From an uncultured Gammaproteobacteria bacterium (GTDB lineage: Bacteria; Patescibacteriota; Microgenomatia; UBA10105; UBA927), in contig CAYSEV010000004.1 of assembly GCA_964430295.1 (NCBI GenBank), positions 1 through 60,820 of the forward strand: a stretch of DNA of 60,820 nucleotides, read 5' to 3'. The position numbers were made by a program, and so were the translations under genes. Below are positions 53,322 through 60,820 of this stretch, one piece after another (within the stretch, counting starts at the first letter, position 1; each line of letters opens with the position of its first letter). The notes under the pieces are model-generated. The model saw only the letters and a list, made by a program, of their open reading frames with translations. It did no database searches and had not been told where the DNA came from.

Positions 53322-54062
53322 ATGATGTATATTCTTGCAATTACTGCTGTCATTATTGTGAGTTTGCTCTCATTATTAGGTGCTGTTCTACTGCTGTTCG
53401 GACGAGTACATATAGAGAAACTCATGAGTCCCCTTATAGCATTATCGTCCGGAGTTCTGTTGGGGAGCACATTTTTTGATTTAATCCCTGAAAGCACCGA
53501 GCACCTTCCAAATATGGCGTTTATACTTATTTTGTCCGGAATCATTACATTTTTTTCACTGGAAAAATTATTAAACTGGCACCATCATATAGATGGAGAT
53601 CATCCGGGAGAAGCAAAGGTAGCAGGATATTTATCTCTCATTGGAGATAGCATACATAATTTTATAGATGGCGTTGTTATAGGAGGCGCATTTTTAATAT
53701 CTATTCCGCTTGGTATTTCTGTAACCATTGCAGTCATAGCCCATGAAATTCCCCATGAACTTGCTGATTTTACAATCCTTCTCCATAGCGGATTTTCAAA
53801 TTCGAAAGCACTTGTATATAATTTTCTTTCCGCAACAACCGCGATTGCCGGAACGTTGATTGTATTAGGGATAGATACAGTGGCTCATTCTATAATTCCA
53901 TATTTGATTCCTTTTGCTGCCGGAAATTTTCTCTATATAGCAATGAGTGATCTCATTCCTGAACTGCACCATAAAAATTCTAAATTGGAATCAATCATAC
54001 AGGTTATTCTACTAGTACTTGGAGCTGCCATCATTGCCAGTTTGCCGAGTCATGATCACTGA
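53322..54062 (+). CDS. ZIP family metal (zinc) transporter ZupT-like
   Basis: Start at the ATG at 53322, directly after the fur stop. HEIPHELADF motif and about eight TM helices. Confidence 0.85.
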   Translation: MMYILAITAVIIVSLLSLLGAVLLLFGRVHIEKLMSPLIALSSGVLLGSTFFDLIPESTEHLPNMAFILILSGIITFFSLEKLLNWHHHIDGDHPGEAKVAGYLSLIGDSIHNFIDGVVIGGAFLISIPLGISVTIAVIAHEIPHELADFTILLHSGFSNSKALVYNFLSATTAIAGTLIVLGIDTVAHSIIPYLIPFAAGNFLYIAMSDLIPELHHKNSKLESIIQVILLVLGAAIIASLPSHDH

Positions 54063-54072
54063 GATAGAAACA

Positions 54073-55239
54073 TTATCCAAATACATACAACTCTTCCTGT
54101 GCTCTTGTAACACCTGTATATAACCATCGTTTCCAATCATCATCAGACATTTTCCCAAAACGTTCTTCTAAAAGGATTACACGTTTTGCCTGACTTCCCT
54201 GTGCTTTATGGACTGTAAGTGCATATCCAAAATCAAATAAATCTCCATTTTTAGAACGCGCTCTGTTTTCCGTCATATTAAGCGATTCTTTTGCAGTAAA
54301 TTGTTCTTTGAAAATTAATCCAGAATACAATGTATCTTCACCATCCATGTCTATTTCCGCTTCATACCATAATTCATCTGCAGATCGTATTTTTTTAATA
54401 GTGCCTAACATGCCATTAAATATTTTTTTCTTATGATTATTACGAAGGCAAATAACCCTATCACCACTTGATGGCTCAGGTGTTTCAAATCCTGCTAAAG
54501 ACCGCATATGTGCATTTAATTTTTTACGGGTTATATTAAAGCCACATAAAAGGAGTGTCTCTGCTCGTTTTGATTCCATAAGTTCACCGAGCACTTCCTG
54601 TGATTCAGATTGTAACCGATCATATTTCACTACATGTTTGCCATATCTGCCTATAGGAATGCTCCCGTGTGTTCGTGCCAATATAGACACCTCTATAATA
54701 GGATTATCTTTTGATTGTCTGTGTATCTGTTCTAACTGCAAATCTGTTTTTTGCATGAGGTTAAAATTTCCCTGAATGGGAGGCAGCTGACCATGATCAC
54801 CAACAACTATCATCGGTTTTCTGTATTGTTTTAAATGTTCCCATATCATGCCATCTACCATCGACGCTTCGTCAATGATAATGAGATCACAATCTATGGC
54901 ATCTTTCTGTTTCCACCCTACTATTTCTTCGTGTTCATTAACGACTGGAGAATAAATTAGGGAATGAATTGTTCCGACTGTATCTTTTTTAAACAATGCA
55001 AGAGTTTTTTCTATTGTCTGCGCTAATACTCTCGCTGCTTTTCCGGTGAAACTTACAAACGAGACACGAATGCCGGGATATGCTTTTTCTAATTGTTGCC
55101 TGAAATGAGCGATGAGGGTAGTTTTCCCTGTTCCTGCGTATCCACCTAAAGTTACATACTGCATCTGGGATCTATCCATTTCGTACCATTCAAGCAGCGA
55201 TTCCAGTGCAAGCTTTTGATCATGAGATAGAAGTTCCAT
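54073..55239 (-). CDS. compact RecD/Dda-like SF1 DNA helicase (AAA_30 + UvrD_C_2)
   Basis: 388-aa ORF with Walker A GGYAGTGKTT, Walker B IIIDEASMV, and C-terminal LTVHKAQGSQ and YTGVTRA motifs. Confidence 0.85.
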   Translation of the reverse strand: MELLSHDQKLALESLLEWYEMDRSQMQYVTLGGYAGTGKTTLIAHFRQQLEKAYPGIRVSFVSFTGKAARVLAQTIEKTLALFKKDTVGTIHSLIYSPVVNEHEEIVGWKQKDAIDCDLIIIDEASMVDGMIWEHLKQYRKPMIVVGDHGQLPPIQGNFNLMQKTDLQLEQIHRQSKDNPIIEVSILARTHGSIPIGRYGKHVVKYDRLQSESQEVLGELMESKRAETLLLCGFNITRKKLNAHMRSLAGFETPEPSSGDRVICLRNNHKKKIFNGMLGTIKKIRSADELWYEAEIDMDGEDTLYSGLIFKEQFTAKESLNMTENRARSKNGDLFDFGYALTVHKAQGSQAKRVILLEERFGKMSDDDWKRWLYTGVTRAQEELYVFG

Positions 55240-55272
55240 ACAGCAATCACTATACTATATACGTATATACAT

Positions 55273-55584
55273 ATGCGACACACTATTTCTGCTACACATC
55301 TTGCAACGACTTTATCTGCAAGTATTGGTTTACTCGGTTCCAAAAAACCATACCCTGTATACTTCAAAACCAGATTTGGCATTCATACAGTTGGAATGAC
55401 ATACCCCATAGATGTTCTCATTCTGGACGACACATTTTGTGTACAACGAATAAAAGAAAATTTAAAACCAAATAGATTATATATATGGCCACCACACTAT
55501 AGTCACGTGATAGAACTTCCAATTGGGTATGCGAAAGCACATGCAATTACATATGGTGATGTAATTTCACTGATCTTACATTAA
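55273..55584 (+). CDS. DUF192 domain protein
   Basis: 103-aa ORF. GLLGSKKP...FKTRFGIHTVGMTYPIDVLILD matches the DUF192 (COG1430) pattern. Confidence 0.7.
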   Translation: MRHTISATHLATTLSASIGLLGSKKPYPVYFKTRFGIHTVGMTYPIDVLILDDTFCVQRIKENLKPNRLYIWPPHYSHVIELPIGYAKAHAITYGDVISLILH

Positions 55585-55940
55585 AAAAACGCCATCTTCA
55601 TCCCGAGGAGCATAAGCATAACACCAAAAATTTTTGTGATAATGCCTGAGGGTAATTCTGTCGCAAACTGTCCTCCCAAAAATCCTCCTATAATAAAGCC
55701 TATACAAATGAGAGTCGCAATCTTTATATCCACATATCCCTGCTTATAATATGCCCATGCTGCAAAAAGACCAACGGGTGGAACAAGCAAAGCCAATGTT
55801 GTACCCTGAGCCATTTTCTGAGAGAGACCAAATATAAAAACAAGAGCTGGAATGATAACGACTCCCCCACCAATACCAATAATGCCGCTTAACGCACCGG
55901 CAACCAAACCGAGGATGATAAACCCAAGAATATACATCAT
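55581..55940 (-). CDS. half-size TauE/SafE-type (sulfite exporter family) membrane protein
   Basis: Start placed at the Met-Met pair at 55940/55937, after the stop of the upstream Zn-ribbon ORF. About 119 aa with four TM helices and GIIGIGGGVVIIPALV. Confidence 0.6.
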   Translation of the reverse strand: MMYILGFIILGLVAGALSGIIGIGGGVVIIPALVFIFGLSQKMAQGTTLALLVPPVGLFAAWAYYKQGYVDIKIATLICIGFIIGGFLGGQFATELPSGIITKIFGVMLMLLGMKMAFF

Positions 55941-55953
55941 AAACGCAAAAAAA

Positions 55954-56151
55954 CTACAGAGCGTAGCTTTCCAGATATCCGCACTTCTCGCAGCGATATG
56001 TAGTAATCGGAAGCGCATTATCCAGCCCTACCCCTAACGAGTGTATCCCTGTCCCCCAATTTTGTCTCGTTTGCTGGCCAAAGTTTTCCTTATCACCGAT
56101 AAAGCCTTTGACCATATTTGAGTTACATTTTGGACATTGTGGTTCTTTCAT
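55954..56151 (-). CDS. small zinc-ribbon protein
   Basis: 65-aa ORF with CPKC near the N-terminus and CEKCGY near the C-terminus. Confidence 0.55.
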   Translation of the reverse strand: MKEPQCPKCNSNMVKGFIGDKENFGQQTRQNWGTGIHSLGVGLDNALPITTYRCEKCGYLESYAL

Positions 56152-56160
56152 AGTGTTATA

Positions 56161-57489
56161 TTAATTTAACTTAAAGGTTCTATCCAAAAAGATAGCCATT
56201 GCAGCTCTCGTTGTTGGATCATTTGGACAATATCGGAGTGGTGATCTGCTACAACCTGCAGTCAACCCATCCTGTGTATAGAATTTCTCTATAAAGCCGC
56301 CAAATTGTGCATTCTTTGGTACATCAAGAAAGACGTCTCCAACCGCAGCTGGTGGCGCATAATCCTTTCCATAACGGGTACGAAGAATAAAGACTGCTGC
56401 CTGCCCACGTGTAAGTGGCATATCCGGACAATACTTGCCACCTCCACAGCCACTTGTAATACCATCACGCGAAAGTTCTTCTATATAAGCTCTAAATGGA
56501 TGCCCATCGGCGACATCGGAAAAAATAGGCGTTGATTCTACTGGTGGCCTGTATGATGATCCCTTATTGGCTAACACCAACATAACAGCAGCCTGCCCGC
56601 GTGTAACAGGTGATTCCGGGCAATATGACAACGGATTCTGCTGGCATCCTGATGTTATATGGTTTCTGTACAGACGATTTATAGATGAGAATGCCCAGTG
56701 ATTTACAGGGACATCTGCAAAGAGCTGTGGTCTATCTAGTAAGCGTTCAAGCATAACAGCCATCAGAGCACGAGATGCAACTTTTTGAGGACAATAGGAT
56801 ACTTTGCCTGATTGTCCGTCACAATCCAATGAGACTTCTGATGTACTTGACCATCTGGTAGAAATTAATCCGTCTCTGTATAACTGTTCAATATAATTTG
56901 CAGCAAACGTACTCTTATTCACGTCAGAAAGAACTACTCCGGTAGCAACAGGAGGAACATACCCTTTACCATGCACTGCGATTGTAAAAAATACAGCAAG
57001 TTCAGCTCTGCTTAATGCTTTTGTCGGACAATACTTACGTGGGGAAGAACTGCATCCGGATGTTATACCATCACGATACATTTGCTCAATAAATCCTCTC
57101 ATCGGATCTGAATCTGCAACATCTTCAAAAATGCCAGGAGACGCTTTTTCCGGAACAAAATCCTTACCATGAAGTGCACGTATGAGAAGCACTGCAGCTT
57201 GTGCACGAGTCACAGGGTCATTTGGGCAATATCGGAGTGGATTCGTACCACATCCGCCAGTCAGTCCTAATGAATATATCCGCTCAATAGAGGAAAATGC
57301 ATAGGTGTTTACCCCTACATCAGAAAATACTGTTAATCCATTACGCTGTTCTGAAGCTCTGGAACGATTTTCAGTTCCACCCTGTAGAGCACGGTATCCT
57401 GCTGCAAGTGCTACTATACCGAATGCGATAGCAAAGACAAGACCGAATATTTTTTGATAGCTATGATGTTGACGTGATAATGAATTCAT
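56161..57489 (-). CDS. secreted protein with six SLH-like repeats, each carrying a Cys pair
   Basis: 442-aa ORF with an N-terminal TM/signal followed by six ~62-aa modules of form F(S/E/A)DV...F..IE.LYRDGITSGC....YCP....TR.QAAV. Confidence 0.75.
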   Translation of the reverse strand: MNSLSRQHHSYQKIFGLVFAIAFGIVALAAGYRALQGGTENRSRASEQRNGLTVFSDVGVNTYAFSSIERIYSLGLTGGCGTNPLRYCPNDPVTRAQAAVLLIRALHGKDFVPEKASPGIFEDVADSDPMRGFIEQMYRDGITSGCSSSPRKYCPTKALSRAELAVFFTIAVHGKGYVPPVATGVVLSDVNKSTFAANYIEQLYRDGLISTRWSSTSEVSLDCDGQSGKVSYCPQKVASRALMAVMLERLLDRPQLFADVPVNHWAFSSINRLYRNHITSGCQQNPLSYCPESPVTRGQAAVMLVLANKGSSYRPPVESTPIFSDVADGHPFRAYIEELSRDGITSGCGGGKYCPDMPLTRGQAAVFILRTRYGKDYAPPAAVGDVFLDVPKNAQFGGFIEKFYTQDGLTAGCSRSPLRYCPNDPTTRAAMAIFLDRTFKLN

Positions 57490-57712
57490 ATATATTTAGT
57501 ATTGTCACAATTCCGGGTAATGTCAAATACTAAAATACATAGACCCATGTATATATTGTATATATTCTTCATAATATTTTTTTTGGTATACTACAGTGCA
57601 TATGTTTAACACAGTTCGGTTTTTAGCCTAAAGGGAGAATATCGTCTTCGAAGCGCTCCCCTTCGACTTCTAGACACAGGTAGGTGTTCTGTTTATTTCC
57701 TCGGAGGTACAA

Positions 57713-59344
57713 ATGCATGCTGAAGTTGACACTAGACAAGTTTATGAAGAACAGGGTCAATTTCAAACAGCAACTCCGTTACAATGCGAAGCATGCTCTG
57801 CCTGCGGATTATGTGATATATCTTCCGGAAAAGTTGATTTTATGGGAAATATATCTGACCTTTCCGCAGTTGATGATGCGCAGAAACCTCAGGTACAAAT
57901 ACTCTTTAAGATGGCAGGATTTGAACAGAAATTACAGAACTGGGATGAATCAGTTGGAGATAAAGGGAGATTTGAATTCACACGCTTTGGCAGGACATTT
58001 AAAGGCGAGTTAAGCCGGTATGGTGATATCACGCTTCACGTGGAGCTTGTTCAACCAACTCAGGAGGTTAGTGAATTATCCGCGAATACAGCTACTGTGA
58101 ACACCTCTATCACTGAAGAAAAATCTGCAAACATGAACATCAGCGAACAAATGGAACCTGTGTCACATGAAAAACACACTTCACAAATACATGTAGTACA
58201 ACCAGAAACAGACACCACTACGAATAAAGACAGTAATCGTATAACTACTTTTACAGATTCTATGGATAGTTCAAATGAACAAAAAAATATTACTCTTGTA
58301 GATGATACCTATATATATGTCGAACCTTTGTCACAGGAAACCATTGCCAAGGATATGGCAGAAACATCCGTTACCGAACGGATCCTTAAGACTGAAAAAT
58401 CATTAACCGTTCTGCCGAATGAAATTGAATATATGCAATGGCAGCAGGAAGCTCCATCTGATGACTGGGAAATACTGCCTGTTTACATTGAAGTTCCAAC
58501 GATACAACCACTTATCTACCTGGGAAAAAATATCATGCATGATGCACTCCCTACAGATATAGAGGTAGAAACACCTCAATTAGAGCAGTATAGCTATGAT
58601 AAAGCTATACCTGATATCTTTGATCACATTGAAACTTCAACCGTGAACGAGCAGATAAATGTACAAAGCGAAGATATTCACATAATGGTGGAGACACATA
58701 AACAAGCAGAGAGAGACATGTTTACCTTTGTTACAGAAATCTATGAAATGATTAAACAACACGTACCTGAGCAAACAGAATTGATGAAACCAATAACTTC
58801 TGAAGAAGTAGCACAAGCAGAAGAACAGAGCCTAGAGACACAACAGCCAAGTACTGGACATCCTCTCGTTTTCAAACCGTCAAATCAATCGGAACATGTA
58901 CTCATACAGTATCTCATCGCTGCAAAAGCCAGAATGGAATCGGCGTCGGGTAGTATTGAATTTACAAAAGAAGTGGCATCAAAACCGGATATATCAGAGC
59001 AAAAACACATGTATATATTCCCTCATGGAGAAACGACATTTGAAATAACTGTGATAACACAACCGGACAAATCAATTGAGATCCACGGAACGATTGAAGC
59101 ACTCAGAGTACTTGCCATAACGCTTCTTGAGCTCCAGTTAGCTCAAAAGAGAAGTGAACATCATAAAGACATACAGGTGAAGGATTCTGAAACAGCTCAG
59201 GAAGAATTAGTGCCAACAAGAAGTGGAAACACTAATGTATATAACATAGATCAATACATATATATATTGATATACCAGTTTATTATTGTTTTAGAATCAG
59301 AGATTGAGAATACCGTCGTTCTTCATTTGTGTATCTTTGCCTAA
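57713..59344 (+). CDS. hypothetical acidic protein with N-terminal CxxCxxCxxC motif
   Basis: 543-aa ORF with GGAGG 6 nt upstream of the ATG. C25-E-A-C-S-A-C-G-L-C34 motif. Rich in E/Q/T. No family recognised. Confidence 0.6.
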   Translation: MHAEVDTRQVYEEQGQFQTATPLQCEACSACGLCDISSGKVDFMGNISDLSAVDDAQKPQVQILFKMAGFEQKLQNWDESVGDKGRFEFTRFGRTFKGELSRYGDITLHVELVQPTQEVSELSANTATVNTSITEEKSANMNISEQMEPVSHEKHTSQIHVVQPETDTTTNKDSNRITTFTDSMDSSNEQKNITLVDDTYIYVEPLSQETIAKDMAETSVTERILKTEKSLTVLPNEIEYMQWQQEAPSDDWEILPVYIEVPTIQPLIYLGKNIMHDALPTDIEVETPQLEQYSYDKAIPDIFDHIETSTVNEQINVQSEDIHIMVETHKQAERDMFTFVTEIYEMIKQHVPEQTELMKPITSEEVAQAEEQSLETQQPSTGHPLVFKPSNQSEHVLIQYLIAAKARMESASGSIEFTKEVASKPDISEQKHMYIFPHGETTFEITVITQPDKSIEIHGTIEALRVLAITLLELQLAQKRSEHHKDIQVKDSETAQEELVPTRSGNTNVYNIDQYIYILIYQFIIVLESEIENTVVLHLCIFA

Positions 59345-59405
59345 TCAGAGATATCTTAACCTTCTGTTAATGTGATCCGTAATACCATGGATACATAAAG
59401 GAGAT

Positions 59406-60101
59406 ATGCATATGAGCCCAGCTATTATTGAATTACTGAAACAAATTATTATCGCGGTTGCAGGTATATCTATTGTGGGAGCAACAGTAGCCACAGGAAC
59501 ACTAGGAGCTTCTAATCTGGTCTCACGATTTACACAGAAAGATCATAAAATAGCGCAGGTTCAGGCAGATGATAACAACTCAAAAACTGATGATGAAAAA
59601 GAGAATACTACAGATGAATCAAATTCAAAATCTGATATGGGATCAGTAGTTCCAAAACCATCAACTTCACAAGACTCAACCATGAAGAAGATAGTACCTA
59701 CAGGAACAGTTATCACGCCTAAGCCCACAACAGCGCAAATTGCACAAAATGCTACCGGATGTATTATCACACTCTCAGGACAACAATACAATGTAACATC
59801 GCTGCGACAATCGCACAGCGGCGGAGATATATTTAACTGCGGGACAGATATGACCTCAGTATATCAGGGGAAGCACGGGTCAAATCTCTCACGCATGCAG
59901 AAATATTTAGTTTCCACAATTGGAACTGGAGGAACTATCAGCGGATCAACGGGAACAAGCGGCACTACAGCAATAAAGAATGCTGATGATAATGATGAAG
60001 ATGAACATGAAGATAAAAAACGTGAAAGTGAAGAACGTGAAGAAGAAATGAAAAAAGTTTTGGAATCTGCGAAAGAAGAACTGGAACATGAGGATGACTA
60101 A
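59406..60101 (+). CDS. membrane-anchored cytochrome b5-like domain protein with acidic tail
   Basis: 231-aa ORF with an N-terminal TM. The core CIITLSGQQYNVTSLRQSHSGGDIFNCGTDMTSVYQGKHG resembles bacterial cytochrome-b5-like domains (C..I.G.VYDVT...HPGG...CG.D.T..F...H). AAGGAG lies upstream. Confidence 0.5.
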   Translation: MHMSPAIIELLKQIIIAVAGISIVGATVATGTLGASNLVSRFTQKDHKIAQVQADDNNSKTDDEKENTTDESNSKSDMGSVVPKPSTSQDSTMKKIVPTGTVITPKPTTAQIAQNATGCIITLSGQQYNVTSLRQSHSGGDIFNCGTDMTSVYQGKHGSNLSRMQKYLVSTIGTGGTISGSTGTSGTTAIKNADDNDEDEHEDKKRESEEREEEMKKVLESAKEELEHEDD

Positions 60102-60126
60102 ACCCACCCCATGATACAATCAATCC

Positions 60127-60820
60127 ATGCGAATACTTGTCATAGAAGATGAAAAAACGATCGCTGAAAATATACAGAAATACTTCTTAAAGTCTTCGAT
60201 AACCGTTGATATAGAATCAACATATGAGGATGGAAAATTTCAGGCGCAGTCAGAAACGTACGATGCGTATATCATAGACTGGATGCTTCCAGACGGAGAT
60301 GGTGTGAAGCTCGCCTCGGAAATCAGAGAAAAAAAGGCAACTCCTATACTTATGCTGACGGCAAAAAGCCAGACTGACGATATTATAGACGGTCTGAATG
60401 CCGGAGCAGATGATTATCTGACAAAACCTTTTTCCCTCGCTGAACTGCTTGCTCGCATCAATGCGCTTATCAGGAGGAAAAATGGTCCAAGTGTATCTCC
60501 TGTAATTAACATAGGAGATGTCACGATAGACACAAACACTCGAAGTGTGCATGTGAAAAACATGCTTATCCCCTTGGCACCCCGTGAATATCTGCTTCTG
60601 GAATATATGGCGCTTCACCCAAATATTGCCATAGAAAGGATAGAGCTCTTGTCTCATGTTTGGGGAGATGACATTGATCCCCTTTCCAACACAGTGGATG
60701 TTCATATACGGTATATTCGCACTAAACTGGGAGAGCCACTTTCGAAGACATTAATACAAACCATAAAAGGCAAAGGATATATGCTATGCGCAAACTTACC
60801 ACAAAACAACGACTCTCGAT
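60127..60820 (+). CDS. OmpR/PhoB-family response regulator, open to the window end
   Basis: Absent from the ORF track because no stop falls in the window. Hand translation gives MRILVIEDEKTIAENIQKYF...IIDWMLPDGDG...LTAKSQ...TIKGKGYML. The antisense ORF 60250-60705 is therefore spurious. Confidence 0.9.
   Translation, partial: MRILVIEDEKTIAENIQKYFLKSSITVDIESTYEDGKFQAQSETYDAYIIDWMLPDGDGVKLASEIREKKATPILMLTAKSQTDDIIDGLNAGADDYLTKPFSLAELLARINALIRRKNGPSVSPVINIGDVTIDTNTRSVHVKNMLIPLAPREYLLLEYMALHPNIAIERIELLSHVWGDDIDPLSNTVDVHIRYIRTKLGEPLSKTLIQTIKGKGYMLCANLPQNNDSR

Noticed and set aside
57684-58013. 109-aa plus-strand ORF overlapping the start of 57713-59344
   Set aside because: It is in a different frame from the long ORF, which has a GGAGG-ATG start. 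It has basic low-complexity composition and is probably spurious.
60250-60705. 151-aa minus-strand ORF at the window end
   Set aside because: It lies antisense to a clean OmpR-family response-regulator frame (60127 onward) that the ORF track omitted only because its stop lies beyond the window.
1-60820. Alternative genetic code (UGA recoding, as in some candidate-phyla bacteria)
   Set aside because: Conserved genes end at TGA exactly where homologs end, for example secA after the CHYPNLS zinc-finger tail (TGA at 4905-4903) and the LOG gene. No gene appears to be broken up by in-frame TGA codons.
1-60820. CRISPR arrays, rRNA genes, transposases, integrases, prophage structural genes
   Set aside because: No regularly spaced direct repeats of 25-40 nt, no rRNA-like conserved stretches, and no recombinase or phage motifs were seen in any frame. 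The only repeat families found are those reported at 14.1-16.8 kb, 29.9 kb, 39.9 kb and the regulatory direct repeats.

Overview
A 60.8-kb low-GC, gene-dense bacterial window that uses the standard genetic code: TGA terminates conserved genes such as secA. Most of it is housekeeping. Identified genes include secA, serS, a lysS-HD fusion, greA, one tRNA-Glu(CUC), rdgB, an alaX-like editing protein, a csp, pdxST and lon. An ~9-kb co-directional Fe-S string runs PIG-L deacetylase, sufC, sufB, a short sufD, Rieske, sufS, sufU, ferredoxin, Zn-ribbon, korA, korB. Also present are msrAB, an OmpR-type two-component system with a MacAB-like efflux module, envelope genes (GT2, DUF2079, LCP, an SLH-like repeat protein, an Rpf-like transglycosylase), a zur-zupT pair and a small RecD/Dda-like helicase. 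The reduced gene set, short sufD, gene fusions and many orphan ORFs resemble CPR/Patescibacteria-type genomes, but that is inference only. No rRNA, CRISPR array, transposase or integrase was recognised.

Leads worth following, roughly in order:
1. An AT-rich cassette array downstream of tRNA-Glu (14.1-16.8 kb). It is delimited by at least four decayed copies of the tRNA 3' end and carries a membrane-anchored Mrr-type nuclease plus orphan ORFs, with no recombinase in sight.
2. LysRS fused to a C-terminal HD-hydrolase domain.
3. Three promoters sharing a pho-box-like TTCAG-N6-TTCAG element, which would define the regulon of the local response regulator.
4. Recurrent leaderless-type promoter/start-codon geometry.
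5. A CIRCE-like operator in front of lon.
6. A 106-nt GC-rich palindromic MITE-like insert inside the suf operon, and a related structured 335-nt spacer upstream of serS.
7. An orphan module at 57.7-60.8 kb: an acidic protein with a CxxCxxCxxC motif, a cytochrome-b5-like membrane protein and a response regulator.

All family calls come from motif recognition by eye. No database search was run.
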